From: Takakia lepidozioides
Lineage: Eukaryota > Plantae > Bryophyta
Assembly: GCA_030704615.1 (NCBI GenBank)
Contig: CM060731.1
Span: forward strand, 33,976,001 to 34,040,000
DNA: 64,000 nucleotides
Direction of reading: 5' to 3'
Part shown: positions 25,183 through 38,850 of the stretch, one piece after another
Layout of the letters: every line of letters begins with the position of its first letter
How positions within the stretch are numbered: the first letter of the stretch is position 1
Translations under genes and position numbers: made by a program
Notes under the pieces: model-generated
What the model saw: the letters and a program-made list of their open reading frames with translations, nothing else
Database searches by the model: none
Told to the model about the DNA's origin: nothing

Positions 25183-28100
25183 GTGTATACATGATTATCA
25201 TTATGTTGTTGGAGATTGCTTGTTTGATTCAATTGCTTACTTATTGTATTATTCAATTACATCAAAAGATCTGCGTCGTCTATTTAGGGCTCATTTTTCA
25301 CAAACTTTACAAACACCAACTGATGAACTAACCAAAATGATTCAAATTCATTTCTCTTCGGAGGCACTATATGAGTTGCATGGTATCCATACCCTCGAGG
25401 ACTTCATTCACAAAATGTCATTTTCTGTTGTTGATGGAGTTTTGGAAGGTGATAATCGTGCTATTGTTTGTTTGGCAAATTATTTACAAAGGCCAATCCT
25501 ATTATGGTCTCGCGTCAACAAAAGAATAATGTTCTATGTAGGTGATCAATTTCTTACTTCTACCCCTCTGCAATTACTTTATGATGATAGGCATGCCACC
25601 AAAAGTGGACACTTTGAACCTATTGTTTTTAAAATAACCCATAACGATGTTATGCCATGTGCTTTGGTTCCTAATATTCATGACATTCAATCTCCTCCAC
25701 TTTCCGTAATATCTTCTTCGAAAATTGACACTATTACTAAGAAATGGGCTTGACAACAAAAACATGACGGTCACGATATAACTACCGTAGCCCCAAAACC
25801 GCCTCGTTTTAAATGGTGACCATCTCATGATGAATATATGTTCAATTTAATGGTTGAGTTTCCATCATTAACTTTAAAAGATATAGCTAATATGTTTGAA
25901 CAACATTATACAGCTTTACAACTTACATTTTCTCAAATTTATTCATATTTGCGATATATTAACAATAAAAAGAACTTTATTGCGAAAACAACTACAAAAA
26001 ATTCTGTAGATATATCCATGGTAAATGTAAGTCCCAATAATAATGTGAGTCAAGAACAAACCCTACAAAAAGCAGAAAAATCCAAATCCAAACCCCAAAT
26101 CCAAATCCAAATCTAGTACTCATCATACTCAATATGGAGAATAATTGTTAGATACGCGTGTGCATCCATGTATGTGTTGTCATCGGTTATCTTTTAAAAA
26201 ACAAATTGTTAAACTCACGAAAGGCTTGTTGACTAAATTAGAGGAGTATATTTCTATTAATATGACAAAAGTACAAAATCAAGAATTATTTCTATGTCAA
26301 AGTTGTAAATTGATGCTTCATAAAAAACAATCTCCTAAATATATAGTACCTAGCAATATTCATCTAAATAATCCTATATATAATGTTCAAAAACTAAATG
26401 CACTAGAAGAAAGATTAATTGAACCACATATGGCTTTTGCACAGATATATCAAATTGCAAAATTATGCTCAATATGGTATTCGTGGTAGCATAATTAATG
26501 TTCCAGCAAATATTAATGATACACAGGCGGTTCTACCTCGCATGCCACATTTGGATTACTTTTTGAAATGTCGATTAGAATATAAAATCCATATTTATCA
26601 GGAACTGTACGTCCAAATTTTATCATGTTAGCTTTACATGATCTCCTAACTACTCCTTTATATATGGAAGCTCATGTTACTATTCGTCTAGAATGGTCTG
26701 GTTTATTTGCAATGTCTCGTCAAACAGAACAAAATAATCAAAAACATTGTCTTAATGAAGAGAGTTATGAGGAAGTTATCGAGAATACTCGAGATAGTTT
26801 TGAGGAAGTTACCGAAAATAATACTAGTGATACTTTGGTGGAAAATATTCTCACTTCGGAACAAATCCAAGTATTTCAAGATGATCTTTTGACGGTAGCT
26901 CCTAGTCAAGATTTCAAGCCATTAGGTCTATTTCAAGATATTCATAGCGAAGAATTAAATTTTCCTAGCTTGTTTTTTGGACATCCTTGATCAAATTGTT
27001 CGGCTTTATCTTATCAAGATATTGCACAATGGGAACTGTTGCATAAAGACCATGATTTTGCACGACATATTCCAAATCTTTTTTTTAAAGCTATAAAAGT
27101 ATTAATTCATGGTGTTACTTCATCTTCTTGGATTCGTATTCGTAAAGGTAAACTTCATGGTAGACAATTAAAGGCAGGTGATCTCCTTGAAAAACCAAAT
27201 TTGGATAAGCTATTGTGCTCAGATCTAGGCTATAGAGATCTAGAACGATTACGAATATCGCCCGATTACTTGGCTCGTCTTCGAAAAGAAGCTTTTGCAA
27301 TGATTTGACAATTAGGACCCCCTACTTTATATGTCACATTCACAAGTGCTGAAAGTAAATGGACACCACTATTAGAAACCCTTCATTCTCTCAACTATGA
27401 AAAATTAGAAATTCCGGATAATATCTAAACACATTGCCGAGTTAGTCCGATCCGACCCCGTTACATGTGCTCGACATTATGATCATCGAATGGGTGCTTT
27501 TAGACATCTATGTAAAAAAGATCATACCATTTTTGGACCCCTACGTGATTTTTTCAATGTTATGGAATTTCAAAGTAGAGGTAGTGAACATGACCATAGA
27601 ATGTTGTGGATAGCTAATGCACCCATTTATGGAATAGACCAAAATAAGATAATTGAAAATTTTGTGGATAAATATATAACATTTGATAGTAATATTCTTC
27701 CACCTAGTCTTCGTGAAGCTCAAATCCATCGACACAAATGGACATGTAGGGAAAAAAAATCAAGCTATATGTCGTTTTCACTATCCATTGCCCCTAATGA
27801 TTTGTACTATTTGGAACCTTTCACTGAAGAATTAAGAAAGGATTTAAAACATTATACATTGATATCAACTCAAATATTTATTGAGTTAAATAAAATGGAT
27901 ATGGGTATAGATATTTCATTTGATGACTTCCTTTCATTATTACATATTGATAAAAAAAAACATATATATGTGCGTTGCGTATTAGATTGCAAAAACCTAC
28001 TTTATTTTTAAAAATAGCATGTAAATATATCTGTACTAATGCATTTGGTATCCACGCTGGCCCATTGTGGCAAGCTAATATTGATGCACAATATATTCTC

Positions 28101-28729
28101 GATCCTTATGCTGCAGCAAGTTAATGTACTTCTAATTTAACTAAGATAGATAAAACTATTACTAATGAATTTTGTACAATAATAGAAAAATGTAAATCAG
28201 AACAAGTTGATGCAAATGTTAGAATCCGTAAGATGAGAAATGTGTTCTTGAATGCCCAGCAAATGTCCGCTCAATTAGTTGCATAAGTTGTCTTATCTAT
28301 ACCACTATCATGCATCCAGAAATTTTAAATTTCTAAACACATCACCGACGGCCATTTGTGCTAAAAGCTGATAAAGATTTACGACGACTCTCTCCTGAAT
28401 CTACGGATATAAAGTGTTCATCTGCTATCGATAAATACATAGATCGCCCAACTACATTAAATCATTCAAGTCTCATTGAATGTGTAGCAGATTATACAAT
28501 GGAAAAAAAAAATGTAAAGCGTCGTAAAAAATTTCATATCATTAGATATGTGCATTACAATGAGCATCGAGACTCTGAAAATTATTATCGAGAACAACTT
28601 TTATTTTTTCATCCATTCATAAAAAATGAAGAATCTAAAAAAAAAACCATAAGACTTGGCATGATGCATATATGAATCATGAATCAACTATTTCATTAAT
28701 ACGTAATAAATTCACATACAAGTTTTCTA

Positions 28730-29480
28730 TAGAAAAACATCATCTTGGAGTATGTTAGAGACAAATGCTCACGAATTAGCCTGGAAACAACGCTAAACCA
28801 AACGAAAGTGAGTGGGAAGGTGTGCCCCTGAATCCTTTCACCCCATGGCTTGCCCCTCGTAGTCCAGTACTGTGCATAGAATGGCATGAGATGAGTACAT
28901 AGATTGACAGGGAGATCTTTTGAACAAGGAATCAGGCCAGAGTAGGAGTGACGATCACTTGATCGATCTGTGAATTTGTAAATGAGGGAAGTGGAATAAG
29001 AATAGGGCCTTGGCTGGAATTCAGATATAGATGAGAGTCCGGTTGAAACAAAATCCCGAGCAATCAGTTTTCCTTGGAGTTTTGGTAAATTCCCTGTGAC
29101 AGAAATATTTACGCACTTGCAATGCCCAACGCAAACCGACCGACCTTCGAAATTTCAATCCAATGTCGTTGTGGATGTTCGATGTTTTTGTCCTTCACCA
29201 AGGAGTCATGTTTCTTGTTCATGCCCTGCAGAAGCCCAGCTAGTTCACTGGAAGACATGGGAGGGTTGAGCTCAAACAAGATGTCCCCATCAAACTCTGC
29301 TGGCATGTATTGAACCCGCTGCACACAAAGGGACTCCCAATCAACAAAACGCAGCTCGCTCTTGCACCCAGGCACCCCTGCGAGGGCTTTCAATTTCGGA
29401 GTGGCACTCGTTATCTCCTGCAATTCGTCATCATCCAAGAATGGAGTCTGCACTGGCGGAGGAATCTCAGAAACATGATA
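28730..29480 (-). mobile_element. GC-richer foreign insertion in the Helentron encoding a GCM-like zinc-finger transposon protein fragment
   Basis: VQYMPAEFDGDILFELNPP...GMNKKHD, then after frameshifts PW*RTKTSNIHNDIGLKFRRS...CVGHCKCVN. Boundaries are approximate. Confidence 0.5.
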
Positions 29481-32400
29481 CTAGTATATGGATGAATAAC
29501 TTTCTTGATGTTGATGTTGATGCAGAATCTATTCCACAATCATAATTAAGTAGTACTGGGATAGAACCATATGACGTAGCATTTGCGCCTTGAAATTGAT
29601 TTATCGACAGTGCCTGATCCGAATATTTCTTCTGCGTCTGATAACATTATTTCCACAACAGAATTTTTATGCACAACTACAAAAACTTAATATAGAACAA
29701 CGCACAATTTTCGATGATTGTATGTATAAAAAACATTTGTTTCCCAATAAACCTTTACACTTGTTTTTAACGGGGAAGGGGGGGGGGGGTGTGTGTGTGC
29801 AGGAACCGGAAAAACATTTACTTTGTTGCTTATTATTCAAGGTTTATTGAGATTTTACAATAGACATCCACAATCTAACCCCCATAAAAGCGTCAATCAG
29901 ACAATGAATTCATTGCCATCTTGAATCGACTGCGAATTGCAACCGCAACTCAATTTGATATTGATACTATAAATCGACAATGTTGTCGTCCTGCTCCTAA
30001 CAATCCAACATTTCCACATTTGTATTATACAAACAAATCTGTGTTAGTTCATAATCACAAAGCATTTGAACAAATTAAAGGAAGTATATATATTTTTGAA
30101 GCTGTTGATAAACATAATGATACATGTCCATCTACTTTCCAGTTTTCAGATAATGTAGCCAATACAGCTGGCTTACTACAATCATTCGTGTGAAAGAAGA
30201 AATGTTGGTGGAGTTATGCAGGCAACTATGCAATACATGATGGTTTAGTAAACGGAGCAGACAGTATATTTAAACATACTTCAGTGTTAATAGATTCAAC
30301 GCCTTTAATATGGATACAATTTAATAATCCAAAAAATCTGGTGTTGCTACACGTGCAAAAAATATTCATTTATATAGCTCACGATAAATAAGTTATGGAC
30401 TCCAATTCAACCAATTACAAAAGAAATTCAAATAGGATCCAATACATCACATATAATTACAAGAACACAATTTCCTATTCAATTAGCAGCTGCACGAACT
30501 ATACATCATTCACAAGGTTTAACTTTAGACTATTTGGCGTTTGATCCAACAAGAGTACATAAACATGGTTTAAGTTATACAGCTTTGTCTCGAATACGTA
30601 AAAAAATAAAATTTGTATCTCCTATCAAATTTACAATTATCAAATTTTCATGTTGATAATGGTGTGGTAGAAGAAATGCAAAGATTAAAAAAAAAAACCA
30701 AAATGGGAGTTGATCATTCCAACTTTAACCATATATACACAATCAAATGTTCTTATACAACATTTAAATACTAGATTGTTGTTATTACATAGAGAAGATG
30801 TATGTGCAAATCACAACTTACAAGCAACTCATATTTTATGTTTTAATGAAACACATTTTAATCCAAAAACTTCTGACATAAATTTATTCATAGATACCAA
30901 AAAATATTCGCATGTGGCTGTTCATGGTAGCCATGGTACAATGCTATTATATGACAAAACAGTATCGTTTAACATCGTATGAAATATTTTCATCTTCTGG
31001 TGCTGAATATATAATGGCTACTTTCAACAAAAATACAAGAAGAGCTATCCACATTATTGTCATTTACAAACCTCCATCGCTTTCAATACCCACATTTTTA
31101 TATTCTTTACAAACAATTGTTGATAAGTTGCCAAGTTTTTGCCCCACCATTATCATGGGTGATTTTAATATTAACATGCTAGAAAACAATTCATTAATGT
31201 CAAAGCAACTGTTACAATTTATGAAGACGATTAACATGACACTTCAATTATGCAAGCTACTACAATATATGGTTCACAATTGGACAAATACACCAAACCG
31301 ACAATGCATATCTGGAGTTACATAAGCATATTGGACAGATCACAAACCTACATATATAGCTTTCAAGTTGTCAAATCACGTTGTTAAATATCATCATTCA
31401 CATTAGTGTTGCCTTACATACTTTATATTGGAGGGTGGAGCCATTACGCGTCAAGCCGCTTGTTTACAACATGTACAATGGGCGAACCGTACAGAAGATG
31501 AGAAGTTCCCAAAAAGGAATCACATGATCTTCCGCCAGTTGCCGACTATTTGGAAAAACAACACAACTGCCCTGCCTCCACACCATTCTTCTCAGCCACA
31601 TATTTTCCACACTGCTCAATCCCTTTGCCATGTATAGAATAAGATCCTCCAGAAAGCGCTGTTGGGCTGGATCATCCTTTTTATAAGGATTTTGATTACC
31701 AAAGAAGTCGACAATATTGGTAGGAGTGGAGGTTTTCCGCTTCTTACTCGATTGCCTAGCTTCTGAGTCTCTCGCCTTTGTGCCCTTGACATTATTCTCT
31801 ATACTTATTCAACATCTCAGAATGCTCAAGTGATACATGTGGGCTTATGGTTGTGGTTCCATGAACTTTGTTATAAACCACCACTCCCATAAACCACTGG
31901 CGGGCTTTTACCCGGGTCGATGCCTCCCACCACAGACCCGCCCAACACTGGTAGTAACAAGGGAGTGCGAACACAAGGGAAGGCGAACGAAATCAGTAGA
32001 TATATATGTGGGATCCCGTGGAGGTCCGCTTCAAGGACTCATATTTGTATTTTTAATTAGCTCATATGGTATTTGCTCTTTCACAGCTTTGTTCGGGCAA
32101 GGAAAGGATTCAAGGATCTATTCATACATACTTGGTGAGGAGGCGGGGATGGGATGTGGCTGCAGCTCGGTCTCACACTACCACATTTCAGCCACAAGAG
32201 CGCCAAGGAGGACCTGTGGGTTCACAGCTACAAGAACCCTGCATGGGTCGATGGTTCATCAGATACGCTGGAAGGAACTATGCACAAGTATGCAGCAGAC
32301 CCTGGTGGAGGGGGATCATCCCTGCACTTGCAGTATGACACTCCTTGCCCTTTTACAGATGCCCATCTTTCGGGGTTCTCATCTTCTGTTAGATGCACAG

Positions 32401-32793
32401 GGTGTTTTGCTACTTCATCTTTGCAAGGGGAGACGGTTAGCGTCCCATTTCTATATTTCGAGGAGCAGAAGATGTTATTCGGCGGTTTCATAAATGTGTT
32501 TATGATTCGACCAATTTGCGAGTGTAAACTTGAAGACAGTCGTCAGAAGTGGTTCTCGTAGCGATATAAAGAGTGTAAAGGACTTACAGCCAGTGTCTGT
32601 GTTGTATAATGGTTGCAGTTGTGCACCTTTATGCTGTGATGTGGAATTGAAACAATGCAAAACCTGATTAATATGTGGCAAGGCCCTGTCTTCATGAAGA
32701 GATATTTTTCTTAGAAGTATGTACATGCTTTAAGATATATTTCATGGTTTTTAGTGTCCAATTGATGACTATTTTAAAAAAAATTCATGCAGG

Positions 32794-35387
32794 ATGGCAG
32801 GCTTGAATCAGGCAGAGTCATTTGGATCAGGTACCTGCACGGCAACCCCTGTTTTTGAGAGAAGGGCAAGAGAGGGAGTCTACAAGAACTCCTTGGCCAC
32901 ATGTGGGGATGTGAGGACACTATCTAAGGCAGGTAGATTAAAAGAAGCACTGCACATTTTGAACCAAGAAGGTTTTTCGGCCGACTCCATGACATATGTC
33001 TACCTCTTGCAGGAGTGCATCAAAATGAAAAGCCTGTCAGAGGGGAAGCAGGTGCATGCCCATATTATCCAAAGTGGATTCACCTCAAACCTCTCTCTAC
33101 TCAATACCCTCATCAACATGTATGCCAAGTGCGGGAATGTGGTGGATGCACATGGAGTGTTTGACAAAATGCCTCAACGAGATATATCTACATGGAATAT
33201 AATGATGGCAGGATATGCCAAGCATGGGTGTGGTAGGGAGGCTTTTGAGGCCTATGAGCAAATGAGACAGGCAGGGATGATGCCGAACAGGGTCACCTTC
33301 ATATGTGTTCTGAAGGCTTGTGCCAGCCTTGCAGACCTGGAAAAGGGCATGGCGGTCCATGCTGACATCGTGAATGCCGGGATTGTTGCAGATATCACTC
33401 TTGAGAATACCCTCGTGGACATGTATGCCAAATGCGGGAGCCTTACGGACGCTCGTCAAGTGTTCGACAACATGGCTAAGCGGGATGTGGTCTCATGGAG
33501 TGCGATGATCGGAGGATATGCTCAGCATGGGAATGGTGGGGAGGCTTTTGAGACCTATAAGCAAATGAAAGAGGAAGCGGTATTGCCCAATAGGGTGACG
33601 TTCATTTCCCTGCTCAAGGCTTGTGCCAGCCTTGCAGCCCTGGGAAAGGGCGAGGAGGTCCATGCTGACATTATCAAAGCTGGAATTGCTCCAGATGTCG
33701 TTCTGGAGACGGCCCTGGCGGATATGTATGCCAAATGTGGGAGCATGAAGGATGCCCGTCAGGTTTTTGACAATATGGCTGAATGAAATGTTATCTCATG
33801 GAGTGCTATGATCGCAGGATATGCTCGATGTGGGTGTCTGAGGGAGGCCCTGCAACTATTTGAACTGATGCAACAAAAAGGCTTAAAGCCAAATGTGATG
33901 TCATGGAACGCTATGATCATAGGATATGCTCACCATGGTTGGGTTAGGGAGGCTTTCCACACCTTTGAGCACCTGATACGGGAAGTGATGACGCCTGACA
34001 AGGTCACATTACTAGTGTTCTCAATGTGTGTGCCAGCCCGGCAGACCTGGAAAAAGGCAGGGAGCTCCATGCTGTTATCAGCAAGGTTGGGATTGCTCCA
34101 GATGTCATTCTGGACACTGTGCTTGTCAACATGTATGCAAAATGGGGGAGTGTTAAGGATGCACGCTGACAATATGGCTCAACGAAATGTGTTCACATGG
34201 AGTGCGATGATCGCAGGATATGCTCAGCAAGGGTGTGGTAGGGAAGCACTTGAGACCTATGAGCAAATGATAGAGCAAGGGGTATTGCCCAACAAAGTCA
34301 CGTTCATTTGCGTTCTTAATGCATGTGTGAGCCTGGCAGCCCTGGAAAAGGGCAGAGAGGTCCATGCTGAGATCATCAAAGCTGGAATAGAGTCATATTT
34401 GAATCTGGAGAATACTCTTCTTGATATGTATGCCAAGTGCGGGAGCATGAAGGATGCGCGTCAAGTCTTTGATGATATGACTGAACGAAATGTGGTCTCA
34501 TGGAGCTCAATGATCGCAGGGTATGCTCAGCATGGGTGTGGTGCGGAAGCCCTGCAGCTGTTTGAACGAATGCAAAGGAAGGCTTGAAGCCGGATGCTGT
34601 CACCTTTATATGTCTTCTCTCTGCATGTAGTCATACGGGCCTTGTGGATGAAGGCCATCACTACTTTGATTCCATGAGTCGTGATTATGGTCTCCCTCCT
34701 ACAATGGAGCATTTTGGGTGCATGGTGGACCTTCTTGGCCGCTCTGGGCAATTGGATGAGGCAGAGGACTTCATTAACCAAATGCCAATCGAACCAGGTG
34801 CTGTGGTGTGGAAGGCCTTGCTTGGTGCCTCCAGGGTTCATGGTGATGTGGATGTAGCAGAACGTGCAGCAAAAAGCATTCTGAATTGGAATCCACAGGA
34901 TGCTCCAACTTACGTGCTCCTATCAAACATCTATGCTGCAGCTGGCAGGTGGGATGATACTGCAAAGGTGAGAGCAATGATAGGGCACAGCTGCATTGAG
35001 GTTGACAATCGGGTACATAAGTTTATTGTAGGAGATACATTGCATCCACAAACTGAGCCAATCCATGCTGAGCTGAAGCGATTGTCCAGGCACATGAAGG
35101 AGGTTGGGTACGTGCCTGACACACGTTTTGTATTGCATGATGTAGAGAAAGAAGAAAAAGAAATTTCTCTTTGCCACCACAGTGAGAAACTGGCCATTGC
35201 TTTTGGGCTCATCAGCACACCCCTTGGGACTCCTCTTTGTGTCATCAAGAACCTTCGTGTGTGTGGTGATTGCCACACAGCAACCAAGTTCATCTCCAAG
35301 ATTGTTGGCAGAGCGATTGTTGTCCGGGATGCCAACCGGTTTCACCACTTCCAGGATGGGGTTTGTTCTTGTGGGGAGTACTGGTGA
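32794..35387 (+). pseudogene. PLS-class PPR-DYW (C-to-U RNA editing factor) pseudogene
   Basis: P-L-S repeats (VDMYAKCGS..DARQVFD, DVVSWSAMI, PNRVTFI), E domain, and DYW domain with HHSEKLA and CGDCH ending CSCGEYW. CGA>TGA stop at 33784 and frameshifts near 34010, 34165 and 34578. Confidence 0.9.
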
Positions 35388-36699
35388 TATGAGCAGCAGT
35401 TATGAAAGCAGGTACTTGGCTTCAAACATGCAGAGGACAGAATTTTTTTATTTTAAGCAAGAAGGAAGTTGTAAACCCTATGTGTCATTGAATGCAACAT
35501 TCAGGACTGCACTTTTTTGTGGGCATCCCATGGTGATATCACACTTGAAGTAGGTTCATCGAGAGCATCAGTGAAGTCATCGGAAGCATTAGTGTAGAGG
35601 ACTAGATGCAAGGAACACTCGTAAGGTGTGGAGGGGTGAACTGTAGGGCATGTTGACAGTAAATATTTTCGCCACAATGCTTGTGAAAGTAGAGGAGTAA
35701 TCTTGTTACATGTTCTTTTCGTTATCTGTTTTTCCTGTGCTGAGGCCTTCTCCTGTGTACCTCAAACCCTCTGTCACGCTCTGAAACAAAAAACTATTTG
35801 TTGGCACCCACTCGAGTGTTGCTACAAGGTATTACTTGTCTTCCCTGATGCACAGCACACACTCAGGTTGTGTATTTGTGGTGTACAAAGACACCCATCA
35901 TTATCAAGTCGTGATCTTTGGAATTAAACCCAGCGAAATAAATGAGCTGTTCATGCCTGTATGTTTGTTTGAGGAGGATCTTGATGTTTGAGAAGTGTTA
36001 CACTGATAACACTGCGTTCTGCATTTTCTTTGCTACCCGTGCAGCAGTCTGAATTATTATTCAGGAGCGGTCAAATCTTTTGAAATTAACCAATCTTGCG
36101 CCCAAAGTCATTCTTCTAGAAACGTCTCTGACAGATTGATTTTATCTTCGCAGGGTGCAAGCCCTCTCCTTCAAAGAGCTGGTGGATTGTATCGTGTTCA
36201 AGTTTGGCAACACTGTGGTTGTATAGGGATATACAGCAGACGAGTCTCTGACCGCCTCCTTGCATTTGGAAAGGAATCTGGATGGACCAGAGTGCATTAA
36301 CTTGCTGCTGATACAGATGCCAACAGTCATGTGGAGTGTGATGGACACGAGTCTCTTGAAGGTTTACACGGTGGCGGTTTGTGGGTACGTGAAGTCCACA
36401 GAATAAACTTCATGCAAGCACTGGCAACGAAGGTGACCTTTGAGCATATTTTTGTACAAATGTTGCTTGAGGTTCTGCTGTAGGGACTTCGTCTTGCATT
36501 TTGTTGCTGTGAGCCCAGACCCCAGCCACAGTGCAGCCAGGTTAAACTGGCAAACACCTGGTTAAGTTCAGGTAGATCCATAACAAGGGCCATGTGCTCA
36601 CAACCCTCTCACATCCAACCACACTGACATATAATTTTGCTGTTGGTAGGAATGGCAATGTGGTGGCTGGCGTGGTTGATGAAGTGGACCCTATTGAAG

Positions 36700-37145
36700 A
36701 ACTCAGTTCCAAACGCACTGTATCAACAGCTCCACCCCGCACCCTTGCTGTGCATACCTTGCAATCATCACACTTGACGACACCACATCACGTTCAGCTA
36801 TACTGTCAAACACTCCATTTGCATCCTCGATGCACCCACATTTGACATACATGTCCACCAGGGCAGTGTTCAGAATGACATCGGGTACAATTCCAGATTT
36901 GATAATGTCACCTTGGACCTCTTTGCACTTTTCCAGGGCTGCCAGGCTTGCACACGCATTGCAAATGCAAACAAACGTCATGTGGTTGGGCTTCACCCCC
37001 TCCACACATCATTTGCTCATAGGTCTCCAAAGTCTCCATCCCGCGCCCTTGCTGTGCATATCTTGCAATCATCGCATTCCACGACACCACATCTCGTTCA
37101 GCCATACTGTTGAACACTCCCTTCATACATGTCCACGAGGGTATT
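36700..37145 (-). pseudogene. PPR gene fragment
   Basis: PNHMTFVCICNACASLAALEKCKEV...VDMYVKCGCIEDA; near-identical to 41155-41540 in inverted orientation. Confidence 0.85.
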
Positions 37146-37775
37146 CTATCTCCCCCCCACCCAAAACCCGGGCTTTTCTTTCAAGTTGGCACCCAGAGAC
37201 AGTACTAGTTGTGCTGCTTCTGAAAATGTGCAGTGTTGCAGACAAGCACCCACTGTGGTGGCCTCAGTTCCTTTATTGTCACCTTCACAGGAGGTATCCC
37301 TTGACTCTCCTGGGAGATTTCTAGTTGATGGAGGCACTGTAAAAACCTCCAGTGGACGGGGAGAAGTTGAAGGGGTGTTGTCACATGGAGGCCGAGAGAG
37401 AATATCATGTTCTGGATACACCCGAAAGAGTAGCAAGAGGAGGAAACTGGGCAACACCCAGCTGGGATCTGCTGACTGTAACAGCTGCAGAGGCAATGGT
37501 GCTTGCTGGCATATTGGCAGAATGCACTTCAGGCAGCAACCTTTCACCCTCCGTGATCCTGGAGGCAACCATACAGTTGCGACGGGCGCGCCAGATGTGG
37601 GGGTTAGACGATTATGATGTTGGTTGAACCATTGTTAGTGGTGCTCATGAAGAGTTGCTGCGTGTAAACAATTTGGGGGACATTCAAGCTGCAGCAGATG
37701 ATGAGCCATTCAAGGCCCTTGATGATGTGGAGATGCAGGAGGCAATGGCTGATGTGGGTTTTATAGAAGCTTCAG
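37146..37775 (+). pseudogene. Orphan exon fragment of an unidentified plant gene
   Basis: Coding-like LLTVTAAEAMVLAG...SVILEATIQLRRARQ with a frameshift and a stop, ending at donor CAG|GTAAGT; fused directly to the PPR fragment. Confidence 0.45.
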
Positions 37776-38850
37776 GTAAGTTTGACACCTCTTAATGCAT
37801 GGTGATTTTGGTGTGGGTGGACATCTGTAGAATTCCTTCAAGAATGTAACACTTTCTAATACCTTGCAAAACTACAAGTGAGTGTTTTCTGGTTGGACAC
37901 TCCTATAGCTCACAGGTGGGGGAGCCGTCACTGTTGTCCCACTGTCATCTGGAAAGTCTTGTCCAGTTTCAGTTGGAAATATGGGCTCTTTATTTACTAA
38001 TATCGCATACTGGACAGGCAGGTATGGTGAGGAAGCCAGGAGTACAGTAATGGCAGTGCAGGTTAGGTCTGAAGGTCCATGTATTAGAGCTCATTTTCAT
38101 CTGAGAAACTGCATACCTGATATCAGCTGCAGAGCCAGGACAACTTGAGGAGGTCCACCTACCTGGATATGATGTTTTTCCTGATGTACATAGCCAAGAA
38201 TGTTGGAGGCCAGACCTACCATGCAACCGAGCGAGACCTTACAGGGATTAGACATAGACCAACACCCTTGATCATTAATTTCCAATACCAAATATGTTTG
38301 TGAGAGAGACAGAACACACTCTCGAGACAGGAAATCCTTTAGGAAAGAAGAGCACTCCATTTCGAAGCATATTTTGTCAATGAAGGAGATTGGTACCGCT
38401 CCTTTGTGGAAATCTGGTGGATGTGTAGATTCTGCATTGAGGCCAGACAAAATGCAATGGCGGGAATCGGACAGTAGACCAAACCTCACCGTGGCAAGGG
38501 AAAACTGAATGATTAAGTGCCTCAGAGCTCCGAGGGGAATGAAATTGTTCAATAATCAAAACCCCAAGTGCCTTGGTTTCCCACATTTGTCTTTTCTATA
38601 CTGACAGTCCACAGCATCATGAATACAGGAAGTATGAGTGTGGAGTCTTCGAAGGACATGGTGATTAAGCATGTGGCTCCCTTTGTGAAGGTAACTGTTA
38701 CCTTGGACATCATGGGTGCTGGAGCATCTTGGGATTTAAGTCTGGTCTATGTAGTTTCTGGTATGCACAGGTTTGCATCTGCTTTTAATTGAAGTGCATT
38801 AGAGTGCAGTTGGTACACCACCATTACCTGTACAAGCTGGTTGCATGGGC

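Larger units (their letters stand above)
24085..31406 (+). mobile_element. Degenerate Helentron/Helitron2 coding region: OTU protease - Rep (HUH) - PIF1 helicase - APE endonuclease
   Basis: OTU: GDCLFDSI...SGHFEP. Also LNALEERLI...GIRGSIINVPAN. Rep: LGPPTLYVTFTSAESKW, EFQSRGSEHDHRMLW, QYILDPYAAAS. Helicase: LFLTG..GTGKT, DGLVNGA, RTQFPIQLAAARTIHHSQGLTLD, SYTALSR. APE: LCFNETH, IYKPPS, IMGDFNI, WTDHKP. Many frameshifts. Confidence 0.9.

Noticed and set aside
33784-33786. PPR stop codon rescued by U-to-C editing or readthrough
   Set aside because: Nuclear gene with additional frameshifts; CpG deamination is the simpler explanation.
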